64,000 nt of DNA from an uncultured Planctomycetales bacterium (GCA_964592485.1 CAZQEY010000001.1:95935-159934), one strand, 5' to 3'. Positions 1 to 10,846 are shown, numbered from the stretch's first letter. Notes: generated by a model not told the origin, from the letters alone. Translations and numbers: made by a program.

Positions 1-686
1 TACCCTTTAACGATATCCTCAATATACACGTAATCACGAGTAAATCTGCCGTCGCTTCTTATGATAAATTGTTTTCGTTTTAAAATACTATAGATAGCAT
101 CAGGAACTAATCTCGAGAGGTTCCAATCACCTGGTCCATATATATTTCCGCACCGCGTAATGCATACGGGTACTTGATAGGTATGATAATAAGCATTCGC
201 CAGAAGGTCAGCACAACTCTTTGAAACATCATAAGGGTGAATTCCCTGTAACGGCATCTCTTCCGTATAGGGTAGAATTTCTTGAGAACCATAAGCCTTA
301 TCACTAGAGGCGATTATCAAACTCCTTAGAAATATTTTGCTTCTGCAAGATTCTAAAATATTCCAAGTTCCTTGAATATTAGATTTAAATGTTTTAACAG
401 GGTCTTTATTTGCCTTGCTTACAATAGCCTCCGCAGCAAGGTGGAATATAATCTGCGGTTTATATTTGTTAATTAGTCTTTTTATAAGAGTCAAATCAGA
501 AACATCTCCTTTTATACACACTATAGAAACCCGCAATCCCTTTAAGACAGACCTTGGCCTTTGAAATACGCGGTCTAATCCGATAACATAAGCTGACTTA
601 TTTATTAAAATCTTAGTCAGCCATGAACCCAAAAAACCTTCATAACCAGTAATGAGTACCCTCTTATTTTTCCAAAAGCTATTCAT
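1..686 (-). CDS. rfbG: CDP-glucose 4,6-dehydratase (partial, runs off the left edge)
   Basis: Not in the ORF track; translated manually from the ATG at 686: MNSFWKNKRVLITGYEGFLGSWL...FHLAAEAIV...IASSDKAYG...PYDVSKSCADL...TRCGNIYGPGD. Directly follows rfbF. Confidence 0.9.
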   Translation of the reverse strand, partial: MNSFWKNKRVLITGYEGFLGSWLTKILINKSAYVIGLDRVFQRPRSVLKGLRVSIVCIKGDVSDLTLIKRLINKYKPQIIFHLAAEAIVSKANKDPVKTFKSNIQGTWNILESCRSKIFLRSLIIASSDKAYGSQEILPYTEEMPLQGIHPYDVSKSCADLLANAYYHTYQVPVCITRCGNIYGPGDWNLSRLVPDAIYSILKRKQFIIRSDGRFTRDYVYIEDIVKG

Positions 687-1481
687 CTACCACGCCTTCC
701 AAGGTGCTTTTGCCCTTTCCCAAAGGTCTGTTAATAAATTCAATTCTCTCTGTGTATCCATACATTGCCAAAACCCAGTATGGACATATACCGAAAGCTG
801 CAGTTGTGCACTCAGTTTCTCTAAAGGCTCTCTTTCTAAAGAACAATCATCTTTATTGGTTAAATATTGAAAAAACTTCCTGTTAAAAACAAAGAAACCT
901 CCATTAATAAAACCTTTGGTAGTTTGAGTCTTTTCGCTAAAAGTTACCACCTTATTGCCCTTTATTATAAGCTCTCCAAAACGCGAAGAGGGATGTACGG
1001 CTGTAATAGTACCTATTTTCTTTCGCGCCATATGAAGATTAAACAATTCTTTAATATTTATATCTGCAACGCCATCGCCATAGGTAACCATAAATGTATC
1101 TTCCCTAATATATTGCTCTATCCTCTTTATCCTTGCACCTGTTTGGGTATTTTGTCCAGTATCTACAAGGGTTACTTTCCAGTCTCTTTCTAAATGATTG
1201 CTATGAAATTCAATTTTACCCTTATCTCCTAAACTAATTGTAAAATCATTATTCATTGCCTCATAATTTAAGAAATACTCCTTGATTTTTTCTCCTTTAT
1301 AACCTAAACAGAGAATAAAATCTTTGAATCCACAATGTGCATACATCTTCATTATGTGCCATAAGATAGGCCTGCCACCGATTTCCACCATTGGCTTTGG
1401 TTTAAATTCTGTCTCTTCCTTTAACCTCGTTCCTCTACCACCACATAAGATTACCACTGAACATTTTTCTATTTTGCTCAA
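687..1481 (-). CDS. rfbF: Glucose-1-phosphate cytidylyltransferase
   Basis: ILCGGRGTRLKEETEFKPKPMVEIG, VTYGDG, GFWQCMDT, KAPWKAW; TTG start with GGAGG RBS. Confidence 0.95.
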   Translation of the reverse strand: MSKIEKCSVVILCGGRGTRLKEETEFKPKPMVEIGGRPILWHIMKMYAHCGFKDFILCLGYKGEKIKEYFLNYEAMNNDFTISLGDKGKIEFHSNHLERDWKVTLVDTGQNTQTGARIKRIEQYIREDTFMVTYGDGVADINIKELFNLHMARKKIGTITAVHPSSRFGELIIKGNKVVTFSEKTQTTKGFINGGFFVFNRKFFQYLTNKDDCSLEREPLEKLSAQLQLSVYVHTGFWQCMDTQRELNLLTDLWERAKAPWKAW

Positions 1482-1561
1482 TTTGCCTCCTTTAAAGCTA
1501 TTAAACTATGATATTCTTCAAGATATCCTTAAAAGTTAGACCGTTATCTGAAGACAACCTT

Positions 1562-3265
1562 TCAATTACTTTTTCTATTACTCACTAAATAACACGAATA
1601 TGTATTATTAAAGTATACTTGAGGATACGGCAAATTGAAACGCTTTGGTAGTGCTATATAATCTAATTTCCAAGGCGCATTTTCAATTATGCGTTTGATT
1701 CCTAAATTATCCCCCTGAGTAATAAGCTGAATTAAGTTGTTAATAAATTCTACTCTTTTTAAGTGTTCTTGTTTGAATTCATAATTTAAATAAAAGCTCG
1801 CATAATCACCAGTCAACATTGGCCTACAAGAGAATCCTCTAAAAGTGTAATTATCAGAAAGGTAACCGTAAGAATCTATTAAACAAATAAAGACACTATC
1901 CGTCTCTGTATTCTCTTTTGCCCACACTTGACAATCATAGTGATCTCTTTCAAGATTAAATACAATTAAAGGAAAGAATGGCGACCTTAATTTATAAGAT
2001 TTTAAAGTACTATTTCCCGCTTTTATAAAAAGAAAAATAATAACAGCCATATAGACCCACGCGGCTAATGGTGTTAACTTCATCTTAATTGAAAGCTTCT
2101 TATTATGATATACAAACAAGTAAGCAATAATGATGCATACAATATATATTAAAACCGATATTTTAAAATTAGGAAAAAAAGCCAGGGTAAAGAGCCCAAT
2201 GATACATATGTTTCGAATTGCTTTTTTTTGAGCTTTGACTGTACATTTGAGTAAAACACCACCAATAACTATAATTGAAATAATTAGAGGATATACCATA
2301 CTCCTGGAAAAGGTTAATGTCATCATCTCGGGTATAGGGATTAATTTATACAAATAGGATGTATATAGGATTCCAAAAAGAACTACAACAATCGATGTCG
2401 AATACATATAATATAGTTTACGACGCTGGATAGCATTTTTTAAAAATCTTACTGACCACACTCCTCCGCAGAAGATGAAGAAGAATTTCAAAAAATCAGT
2501 CCAGCAGTTAGCAAACATATCAATTTTACCACGCTCTCTTAGAATAATCCCGTTGCATAGTTCTAAACGTTGTGCATAAGCAAGTGTACTACCAACACTT
2601 TGAGATCGATAAAGAATAATAATAAGTGCACTTATAAAAACAAAAAAGCCTATAATAGCAACCCTGTTGAATTGAATTCTTTTGAAAGAGAAAAGTAAAT
2701 AAACCAGAACCATAATGAGGATAAACCAAGAAGACTTAAGATGCAATGGCATAGCTATGATTGCAATAAGAAACACTGATAACAATAATTTGTTTTTAAA
2801 ATAATAATAAAGAGCTGCTGCAAGAATAGGCATTGCTACTACTGTTTGAGAAAAGGTATGTTGATAGACTAATTGAGATGTTATCGTGAAAATAGGATAG
2901 TCATACAAAAATAATAATAAGACTATGAGACCAACGTTATATTCTTTTAAATCCGGAAATAATGCCCTTGCAATTTTAAATATGAAATAAATGTGTGTCA
3001 GGCTTGCAATAATATAAAGGAAAAAAATAAAATAGGTATTAGATGGCAATTTTCCAAATATTTTTAATAAGGGATATAAATAACTAGTTGATGCAATTAT
3101 TGAATTATGTACATACATATCATTAGGAAAGTATGTTGGGTCCTCAAATAAGGAAAAAATAGGCATATAGGCAGCACTGTTAACCCCTGAAAATCGAACA
3201 AAACATAAAAGCAAGCCATAAATTAAAATATATAAGTATATAATTTTATCTCTGCCTTCTGACAT
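1562..3265 (-). CDS. Polytopic membrane protein, putative GT-C-like glycosyltransferase/polymerase
   Basis: About 11-13 hydrophobic segments plus a soluble C-terminal domain (WAKENTETDSVF...FRGFSCR); glycan-locus context. Confidence 0.55.
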   Translation of the reverse strand: MSEGRDKIIYLYILIYGLLLCFVRFSGVNSAAYMPIFSLFEDPTYFPNDMYVHNSIIASTSYLYPLLKIFGKLPSNTYFIFFLYIIASLTHIYFIFKIARALFPDLKEYNVGLIVLLLFLYDYPIFTITSQLVYQHTFSQTVVAMPILAAALYYYFKNKLLLSVFLIAIIAMPLHLKSSWFILIMVLVYLLFSFKRIQFNRVAIIGFFVFISALIIILYRSQSVGSTLAYAQRLELCNGIILRERGKIDMFANCWTDFLKFFFIFCGGVWSVRFLKNAIQRRKLYYMYSTSIVVVLFGILYTSYLYKLIPIPEMMTLTFSRSMVYPLIISIIVIGGVLLKCTVKAQKKAIRNICIIGLFTLAFFPNFKISVLIYIVCIIIAYLFVYHNKKLSIKMKLTPLAAWVYMAVIIFLFIKAGNSTLKSYKLRSPFFPLIVFNLERDHYDCQVWAKENTETDSVFICLIDSYGYLSDNYTFRGFSCRPMLTGDYASFYLNYEFKQEHLKRVEFINNLIQLITQGDNLGIKRIIENAPWKLDYIALPKRFNLPYPQVYFNNTYSCYLVSNRKSN

Positions 3266-3309
3266 TAGGATACCTGCCCCTTATATAGATCTTGGTTATT
3301 AAGAAAAAT

Positions 3310-4155
3310 CTAAAGTGGCTCTAAAATAAAGAAATTAAAATAGCTTCCCTCATTTTTATGAGTCAAACCCAATGGTTTAAAATAATTTATAGGAAAATTA
3401 TCGCAAAACCTCAAAAATGCATAACTTATTATCTTTTTAAAATCAGCAGTAGAAAACTCAAAGACATGGCAATCAACATCCCTTACCGAAGACTCCGACC
3501 ACCCTCCCTTATTAATATCCAGCATTTTTAGATTCTTCCAATAATCCAAATCATAAATAATTGTTCTTTCTACATATGGTATGGACAAAAATATCCTTTT
3601 TTTTGTCACTCTCCTTAATTCTTTTAGGGCTTGGACTGGATTTGGTATATGTTCGATACACTCAAAACAAAAGGTGTATTCAAAAGACTTATCCCCAAAG
3701 GGAAGCTGCTCGATATCTCCTACCTCTGCCTCTATACCACTTTTCTTTATAAATTCTACCACGTCAGGATTGATATTTACTGAAAGACCTCTGCGCCTCA
3801 TCGCACGCAAAAGAATCCCACTAGTATCTCCGATATCAGCTACAGCTATATTATTATCAAAAAGCTGAGGATAATATTCTAAAAAAAACTTGTATATCCG
3901 ATAATATCTTATTTGATTTATAAACAAGTCTGGGTGTTCCCTGGTTTGCCTCATGGGTTCGTATACGTAATGATTATTTAAATCTTCCTGAGGAAATAAT
4001 TCTTGAATTTCCGGCGTGGAATTAATTAACATATGGAGCTTTTCATAAAGCCTACTAATATATATATTGTATAGTCTCTTTATAAATGAAAACACAGAAC
4101 TGGGAAGCATCCGCTTTACAATAGATTTTATGTTCATAATTTCATTAATTAACAA
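3310..4155 (-). CDS. Class I SAM-dependent methyltransferase (start may be ATG at 4137)
   Basis: VADIGDTSG motif I variant, GDIEQLPFGDKSFEYTFCFECIEHI. Confidence 0.85.
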   Translation of the reverse strand: MLINEIMNIKSIVKRMLPSSVFSFIKRLYNIYISRLYEKLHMLINSTPEIQELFPQEDLNNHYVYEPMRQTREHPDLFINQIRYYRIYKFFLEYYPQLFDNNIAVADIGDTSGILLRAMRRRGLSVNINPDVVEFIKKSGIEAEVGDIEQLPFGDKSFEYTFCFECIEHIPNPVQALKELRRVTKKRIFLSIPYVERTIIYDLDYWKNLKMLDINKGGWSESSVRDVDCHVFEFSTADFKKIISYAFLRFCDNFPINYFKPLGLTHKNEGSYFNFFILEPL

Positions 4156-5645
4156 TACTTCTGCTGATAGATATCTCTAAGTTGTTTAAATTTCGCATTT
4201 CCCACTTCATCAAATTTCTCAGCCCTGTTGATTTCGTTCCAGAACTGCTTAGACATCTTTACATACATCACAAAAGTTCGCATAAGACCTCGAATCTCTT
4301 GGTTTAATAATTGTGGCATCTCAAGAATGCTGCCCAGTGTCACACATATCGGTAAGGGCAAATCTTCTCTGATAAATCCATTTTTTTTACAGACTTCATA
4401 CAATTCAGTACCCTTGAAGGGATAAAATGCATAAGCATTACAGCTATCAAAAATAGTCTTTCTATTTAACTCAATAGTATCAAATATCAATTCCCTTGTT
4501 TCAAAAGGAAAACCAATTATATTATTTACCGTCAAAGGAATACCAGCCTCATTTATTATTTTAGTAGCTTCTATAAATATTTCATTATCAAACTCTTTCT
4601 TTAATACCCTTTTTCTAAACTCAGGATTACCATGTTCAAGACCTATTGACATTCGATGGCAACCTACACTTTTAAGTCGCCTCATTCTATCTGGCTTAAC
4701 AGTTTCGGGCCTGGTCTGAATCCAAAAGGGGAGTTTAAACTCTGAATACATCTCTATAAATTCATCAAATTCCCTGTCAGACATTACCAGGAAAGTATCG
4801 GAGGCAAAATATATATATTCGGCCTGCCATTTATCAATCAGGAATTTTAGTTCTTGATGTATTTTTTTTATGCTTTTTTTCCTGAAAAAATTGTGTACAT
4901 TATTGTTCCTATATAGCTTGGCAATAGTCGGAGAATTGCAGAATGTGCAATGAAAAAGGCAACCCCTATTGGTCTCCATAGGAACCATTCTATATACCCC
5001 TCCTGCCATTGGCCGATATAATCTGCGAGAGTCAAAAACACTGTAGTCAGGTATAGGTAGAGAGTTTAAATCTACAATTCCATTCAAAGCATTCCTAATA
5101 ATTCTGCCATCGTTTTTCTTTACCCATAAATTCTTAATTCTCGTATAATCTCTTGCTTCAGCTAAACTTTCGCATAACTCTAATAAGGCAATCTCGCCTT
5201 CCCCAACACATACGAAGTCAACAGAAGGATTCGCTATAGCCTCATCAGGAGCTACAGTAGGAAATACCCCTCCTGCTACTACCGGTATTTTATAATCCTC
5301 AATGGCCTCCAACATTCTAGACCCCATATGATACGTCCCTTCCAATGCCGATAGAGCAATAAGATTGGGTTTAAAATCTTCTACTTTTGCTCTAAGATCC
5401 TGGAACATATCTCCTTTGTTCGAGTAAATACCCCTTTCCTGAAAACTAAAAGGTTTTACTTGCAAATGTTCTAACTTTGCTAAATCAGAATTAATCGTTT
5501 CTGTTTCATAAAATGTGCTATCAAATACATCAACTTCAATCCTGCGCTCTTTCAATATAGCAGCCATAATGCCTATAGCAATAGGGGGTGGATTAAGAAA
5601 AGGCTCATTAGGATAAAGAAACAGGACTTTAAATTTAGAATTCAC
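4149..5645 (-). CDS. Cobalamin-binding radical SAM protein
   Basis: N-terminal B12-binding domain (PPPIAIG, GGVFPT, GEGE); RGCLFHCTFC CxxxCxxC motif. Confidence 0.92.
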   Translation of the reverse strand: MNSKFKVLFLYPNEPFLNPPPIAIGIMAAILKERRIEVDVFDSTFYETETINSDLAKLEHLQVKPFSFQERGIYSNKGDMFQDLRAKVEDFKPNLIALSALEGTYHMGSRMLEAIEDYKIPVVAGGVFPTVAPDEAIANPSVDFVCVGEGEIALLELCESLAEARDYTRIKNLWVKKNDGRIIRNALNGIVDLNSLPIPDYSVFDSRRLYRPMAGGVYRMVPMETNRGCLFHCTFCNSPTIAKLYRNNNVHNFFRKKSIKKIHQELKFLIDKWQAEYIYFASDTFLVMSDREFDEFIEMYSEFKLPFWIQTRPETVKPDRMRRLKSVGCHRMSIGLEHGNPEFRKRVLKKEFDNEIFIEATKIINEAGIPLTVNNIIGFPFETRELIFDTIELNRKTIFDSCNAYAFYPFKGTELYEVCKKNGFIREDLPLPICVTLGSILEMPQLLNQEIRGLMRTFVMYVKMSKQFWNEINRAEKFDEVGNAKFKQLRDIYQQKYC

Positions 5646-7645
5646 CCTTCTACGCTCCTGAGGAGATTATCATAGTATTGTTTGTCGTCTAAATAAATAT
5701 TCAAATATTTATTTAAGAATTTTCTATAACCATTCCCGTCAATATCTCGCCTATTTTGCATAATACGAATCACAGTATTAAATAACTCAACTGGATTATT
5801 TATATATATTGCTAAATTACTAAGCTTAGATAAAGGGCAAAGGTCAATTATACTATAAAGAGAGGGAACGATAACCGGAATACCATTGTAAATTGCCCAG
5901 AAAACCGAAGAAGACTCCTTTACAATCATTGCTTTTGATTCCGGTATAATCTCTTGCAAACGCTTATTTGTAAACTTAAATACCTTGCTGTTTATATCCA
6001 ACCCCATCCTCCTAGCCACCTTCTGGATAGGGTCGCAAGGATGCGTCTTAAGTAAGATATCGAAGTTTAAATTCTTGTCATTAAAGGCATGAAATAATAA
6101 CAGTAGCATTTCTCGATTCTCAAGCGGACAAAGAGAAAACGGCACGACAACCTGACCCTTTCTCCTTTCCTTTATGGTTAAGATATCTGGAGATTCTCTA
6201 AAATCATGAAATCTAAATCCGCCTAAAATAAATAATTTTTCTCTAGGCCAACAACCCTGAAGAAGAATATCTCTGGTGATACTCCCTACACAACCCAAAT
6301 AATCTGGGGCAGGACAATATTTTACATAGTCATTTCCCCTTAAATCCTCTGGATGGTCGAAATAATTAAGCATTAACAACGGCACTATTGAATGTTGCAT
6401 CCCAACACATGTAATATCTCCTCTTTTTGCACAGGCAACAATTAATGCTTTCTCCCAGGATTGCATCTCTGCAAAATAAAGCACTTTTATATATTTGGGG
6501 AGATCTTCAATAATGTTTGAAAATGCTATGTAATTGCTAATTCCCCAAATAAGTATTTTGCCCATAAAAGATGACAGAAAATCCTTCTTAAGTATTTCCC
6601 ATAAATTTATCCTGAGATTAGTAACAGGATCCCGATAAACAAAGTGAGCTCTATATCTATTTAGATTTATCAATGCCCTGACAGATAAGAGAAAATAGGT
6701 AAAAATAATTCTACTGAATTCTTTATATCCTAACCATTCTTCCAGTATAAAAAATTTACTGTTTTCTTTAACCCTCTTGGCTATCTTCAAAGTCTTAGAC
6801 CAATTATATGAGTTTATAGGAACGAACATCCCCAGCCATGCTACTTTGTTTTTATGATTACTCTCTATAGAATTTTGAAGAGAGCCATAAGCCAGATTGA
6901 CAAATCTTCCATCTTTAAGTTTTGTTTCATCAACAGAAGGAAAAGCAGTGACAGCCAAAATCTTGGAATCACGGAGATATTCTCTTTGATTTTTAAAGCG
7001 CCTCTCTAACCTCTTAGCGCCAATGGCTCTTTGTAATAGTGCCAGAATAAATTTTGCCACTCTTAACATTTCTATGAATATTAATTTAATCTCTCCCGTA
7101 TAGCCATGATAACTTCTGTAGCCAGAAATAGATACGAAATCATCTAGTCCAGAAGCAGATAATACATTGCCAATTACACCATTTTTTCTATTTAACCATA
7201 TTTGTTCACACCCTAATTCATTTTTTAAATGTAATATAGTCAAAATTTTGCAAAACTTAGTGAAAGCAGAGCTTTTATAAGGATTCTTTTCTGCAATTAA
7301 GGAAAACCACCATACAGAAAATTCACCAGAAGGATAAGTGAAATATCTTTTTAAATTTATACCATTAAAAAAATCCTTTTCTCCGAGTTCATGAATAAAG
7401 TTTATATATTCCTGTTTTAACTCAAACGCCTTTTTATTAAACCTATATATAAAATCTACTAACTCAGCTTCTATAGTAGTTTTTTTCTCTAAAGATTTCT
7501 TAAGCTGTTGGGCAAGTCTATCCGCATTATATTCAATCGGACATAAGAAAACTTCCTCTATATTATTATTATCGCCAGAAATCCTCCTCAAAACTTCAGT
7601 CTCTCTGTCTCTTCCTGTGAGTACCAGTAAAATTCTTTTGCCCAT
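5642..7645 (-). CDS. Surface carbohydrate biosynthesis protein, LIC13510-like (putative GT-B ulosonate transferase)
   Basis: SVWWFSLIAEKNP, EMQSWEKAL, GMQHS, KTHP motifs recalled from the Leptospira LIC13510-type family. Confidence 0.65.
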   Translation of the reverse strand: MGKRILLVLTGRDRETEVLRRISGDNNNIEEVFLCPIEYNADRLAQQLKKSLEKKTTIEAELVDFIYRFNKKAFELKQEYINFIHELGEKDFFNGINLKRYFTYPSGEFSVWWFSLIAEKNPYKSSAFTKFCKILTILHLKNELGCEQIWLNRKNGVIGNVLSASGLDDFVSISGYRSYHGYTGEIKLIFIEMLRVAKFILALLQRAIGAKRLERRFKNQREYLRDSKILAVTAFPSVDETKLKDGRFVNLAYGSLQNSIESNHKNKVAWLGMFVPINSYNWSKTLKIAKRVKENSKFFILEEWLGYKEFSRIIFTYFLLSVRALINLNRYRAHFVYRDPVTNLRINLWEILKKDFLSSFMGKILIWGISNYIAFSNIIEDLPKYIKVLYFAEMQSWEKALIVACAKRGDITCVGMQHSIVPLLMLNYFDHPEDLRGNDYVKYCPAPDYLGCVGSITRDILLQGCWPREKLFILGGFRFHDFRESPDILTIKERRKGQVVVPFSLCPLENREMLLLLFHAFNDKNLNFDILLKTHPCDPIQKVARRMGLDINSKVFKFTNKRLQEIIPESKAMIVKESSSVFWAIYNGIPVIVPSLYSIIDLCPLSKLSNLAIYINNPVELFNTVIRIMQNRRDIDGNGYRKFLNKYLNIYLDDKQYYDNLLRSVEG

Positions 7646-7684
7646 TTTAAGTTAAATAGACTAAATATATGATATTATTTAAAT

Positions 7685-8572
7685 CTATTTCCTTATCTTA
7701 ATACCTCTATCATGCTCATGTATAGACTGTAATAATTCCAAGATTCCCTGGCCAAGATCTACGTAACTTGAATTAACTAACCGCTTAGCCAATTTTGGTC
7801 TAAAATTATAAGGGGTTATCTCATAATGCTCCTCGTAATCCTCTTTCGTAAACTCTAATTCAATTTCGTTATTCATCATCTCTTTAATCATTATTAACAG
7901 ATCCTTAATTCGCATGGGTTGATGCCCTGATATCATTACATATTGATTTTTAAACTCATCATCCAATATCTTAACACTTAGACGTGCAGCATCATAAACA
8001 TGTATGTACTCTCGTAACTCTTCGCCATCTCCCCTGCGTGTAATCTTCTTCTCAATTAGAGCTTGCATTAAAGTGTTGTAAATCCAGTTGCGCGCGTCAG
8101 CTCGAGGACCATATAAAGACCCATATCTTAAAATAGTGAAATCGATGTTATGCTGTTTATGGTAACATTCAATTATCAATTCACAGGCCTGTTTGCTGGC
8201 TCGATAGTACGACCCTGCCTGGCTATAAACATATACAGTACTGGCGAATATAAAACGTTTAACGTTGTTCAAACAACAAGCTTCCAATATATTCGTGGTG
8301 CCAATAACATTGGTGGTGATGGTATTGTAGGGTTGAGATTTTGCTTCACCGATATCTGCAACTCCTGCAAAATGATATACCACATCCACCCCTTTAGTAA
8401 TCCTTTCAACCGCTTCTGAATCCAAAATATTTCCTACCACCATTTCTTGTGTAGGTTTTAGATAAAGCGTTGGTTTTATGTCACAGATAATGACTTGGTG
8501 ATTGTTCTCAGAAAGACAGTCAGCTACATGACTACCCAAAAAACCTGAACCTCCAAAAACTACTACTTTCAC
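7685..8572 (-). CDS. NAD-dependent epimerase/dehydratase (extended SDR)
   Basis: GGSGFLGS, ASTVYVY, YRASK. Confidence 0.9.
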   Translation of the reverse strand: MKVVVFGGSGFLGSHVADCLSENNHQVIICDIKPTLYLKPTQEMVVGNILDSEAVERITKGVDVVYHFAGVADIGEAKSQPYNTITTNVIGTTNILEACCLNNVKRFIFASTVYVYSQAGSYYRASKQACELIIECYHKQHNIDFTILRYGSLYGPRADARNWIYNTLMQALIEKKITRRGDGEELREYIHVYDAARLSVKILDDEFKNQYVMISGHQPMRIKDLLIMIKEMMNNEIELEFTKEDYEEHYEITPYNFRPKLAKRLVNSSYVDLGQGILELLQSIHEHDRGIKIRK

Positions 8573-8640
8573 GATATCCCTCCTTAGATTAATTTCATTT
8601 ATTCTTTAGACATACTAAACAACCTTCCTACTAAGCTTGG

Positions 8641-9279
8641 TTATAATGAAACTAGTGAAGCATCTAGCATATTTAGATTATCTAATCGATGTTGACAGTT
8701 CACTAATTCTTTAGATTCAGAATTAATTCGTGCAATAAAATATACACCTGTATCTCCAGCAGCCTTTAAGTCTGTTATAGAATCGCCTATGAAAACGACC
8801 TCCCGCGGGGAATAGTTATTGCGTGAGATGATGCCAAGAATAATCTCTGTTTTTGAGGGAGGTGAACCATATACTTCCTTAAAATAATCACACAACTCTC
8901 GTTTTGTTACAATGTAATTAAGTTCTTCCTGGGGAGTACCCGAGGCTACAAAAAGAGAGTACTTTTTACAATTTGCTTTAAGGAACTCAATTGCACCAGT
9001 AACAAACGGTGCATTCAGTACCTCCTCTAACACTATGCTAGAAAACTTCCTGCCTAATTCCTCTTCCTGCTGAACAGATAAAGATAATCTTAATATATTT
9101 TTATAGATATACTTGAATTTTACATATCGAGATATACCCATATTCTGAATGTGATGATTTACTATTGCATTTATTTTTTTAGGATAATCTTGTTCAAAAA
9201 GTCTTCTGAAAGCTACTGTTTTAATATCAGCTGATTCGATTATTACGCCATCTAAATCAAAAATAATTGCTTTTATCAT
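8641..9279 (-). CDS. HAD-superfamily phosphatase
   Basis: IIFDLDGVI motif I, ASGT, FIGDSITD; ATG at 9279 overlaps the upstream stop (ATGA). Confidence 0.9.
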   Translation of the reverse strand: MIKAIIFDLDGVIIESADIKTVAFRRLFEQDYPKKINAIVNHHIQNMGISRYVKFKYIYKNILRLSLSVQQEEELGRKFSSIVLEEVLNAPFVTGAIEFLKANCKKYSLFVASGTPQEELNYIVTKRELCDYFKEVYGSPPSKTEIILGIISRNNYSPREVVFIGDSITDLKAAGDTGVYFIARINSESKELVNCQHRLDNLNMLDASLVSL

Positions 9280-9938
9280 TCGAAAATTCCTGCTACCGTA
9301 CAAGGAACACTATCTACCCCTTCTACCCTAAGCGGCGCAACCCAAACCTCTTTTAAATTCTTGGTATTCTCTGGTATATCCATATCCTCTATAAGCAATA
9401 TAGGATGCCCTTCTCCTTCTGGATTTAAAAATGCTCTATGTGCTTCTCTTCCTAATTCACGGTGTTGATAAGATGATATAGAAACCCAATCAAAACCTAT
9501 AGCCCTGAGTAAAGGACGTTCTCTCCTCAACCACACTCCTAACTCTGGATTAATACCTGGATTTCGAAGACTGTAGACCTCATCTCCTCTTAATCTTCTC
9601 CAGCCAGATCTTAAAAGTAATAAATCAGCTTCTGGATTAATTTGGGCGGTTAAATCTTTATAAGATAAAATTTGTGCAGGTTGCACTTTTATTGACAATA
9701 CCTGTGGCTTGCGGAATAGCCAAAAATCTGCTTCATAATCAATAATTCTTGCGCCATTGACAAAAAAGTGAGCTGGGCAATCTATATGGGTTCCCCAATG
9801 ATTCTCCATTCCTATCCAATAAACCTGACAAGAATCACCATTCTCGATTGACTTCACCTGTCGTACTCTCATATTTTTTTTAATTGAACCATAAACAGGA
9901 ATCTGTGCCGATAATTTGTAGGACAGGTATTTTATCAT
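9276..9938 (-). CDS. Cyclase-family (kynurenine formamidase-like) metal-dependent hydrolase
   Basis: NHWGTHIDCPAHF (HxGTHxDxPxH), LLIEDM. Confidence 0.9.
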   Translation of the reverse strand: MIKYLSYKLSAQIPVYGSIKKNMRVRQVKSIENGDSCQVYWIGMENHWGTHIDCPAHFFVNGARIIDYEADFWLFRKPQVLSIKVQPAQILSYKDLTAQINPEADLLLLRSGWRRLRGDEVYSLRNPGINPELGVWLRRERPLLRAIGFDWVSISSYQHRELGREAHRAFLNPEGEGHPILLIEDMDIPENTKNLKEVWVAPLRVEGVDSVPCTVAGIFE

Positions 9939-10846
9939 TACTCCCTTAATCCCCCCAGTAGGTTTCTTGCCGCTTGCATTTCCATCTCTACCCTTGCCTC
10001 TTTGGCATAAGAGCCTATGTGAGGAGTCAAAACAACATTCTCCAACTCATGAAGCCGCCCCTTGTAAGGTTCCTCAGTAAATACATCCAAAGCAGCCCCG
10101 GCAAGATGCCCTCCACGAATAGCTCTATATAAGCCATCTTCGTCCACAGCGGTTCCGCGTGAGACATTTACCAGCCAGGCCCCTTTTTTCATCTGTGATA
10201 ATTCCTGTTCTCTTAATATCTTATCATTGCCTGAAATGTGGATTGAGACGATATCAGCCCATTGAAGTAACTCTCTAAGAGACAAGCGCTCCAACCCTAA
10301 CAATCTATCTGCAACATAGGGATCGTTATAAACTATCTTACAAGCAAAAGGTTTTAACAATTCAGCGACCTTCTGACCAATACGACCAAAACCTATTATT
10401 CCCACTCTTTTCTGGTAAAGCAGATTTCCCATCAGCTTTTCCCATCTTTCATTTTTAATGGCGACATTCATAAGATTGATTTTTCTCAAAAGATTTAAAA
10501 TCAATCCTACAGTTAACTCAGCCACTGCAAGGGTTGGTGCATCTGGAGTATTAAATACCTTTATTCCTAATCTCTTTGCGACATCCAGGTCAACATTATC
10601 AAGACCTGCACCGCAACGCGAAATAACCTTCAGGTTAGTCAATCTCTCCATAATATCAGAGCCTAGTACTTCGGTCCCTGAAATAATACCAACGACATCT
10701 CTGCATATATTTATAACCTCATCTTTATTTAATCTCCTACCATACGGATTCAATATTACAGCCATTCCTTTCCTTTCTAAAAGGCTTAATGGCGCTTTAT
10801 CGTATTTGCCAAATGATGTCGTTGTGATAGCGATTCTCTTATTCAT
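9938..10846 (-). CDS. D-isomer-specific 2-hydroxyacid dehydrogenase (phosphoglycerate dehydrogenase-like, no ACT domain)
   Basis: SRCGAGLDNVD, GIIGFGRIG, NVSRG, DVFTEEP, LTPHIG. Confidence 0.92.
   Translation of the reverse strand: MNKRIAITTTSFGKYDKAPLSLLERKGMAVILNPYGRRLNKDEVINICRDVVGIISGTEVLGSDIMERLTNLKVISRCGAGLDNVDLDVAKRLGIKVFNTPDAPTLAVAELTVGLILNLLRKINLMNVAIKNERWEKLMGNLLYQKRVGIIGFGRIGQKVAELLKPFACKIVYNDPYVADRLLGLERLSLRELLQWADIVSIHISGNDKILREQELSQMKKGAWLVNVSRGTAVDEDGLYRAIRGGHLAGAALDVFTEEPYKGRLHELENVVLTPHIGSYAKEARVEMEMQAARNLLGGLRE

Noticed and set aside
107-304. 65-aa minus-strand ORF
   Set aside because: Out-of-frame overlap with the partial rfbG CDS (1-686)
9938-10846. serA (serine biosynthesis)
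   Set aside because: Short form without regulatory domains, embedded in a sugar cassette; substrate cannot be assigned
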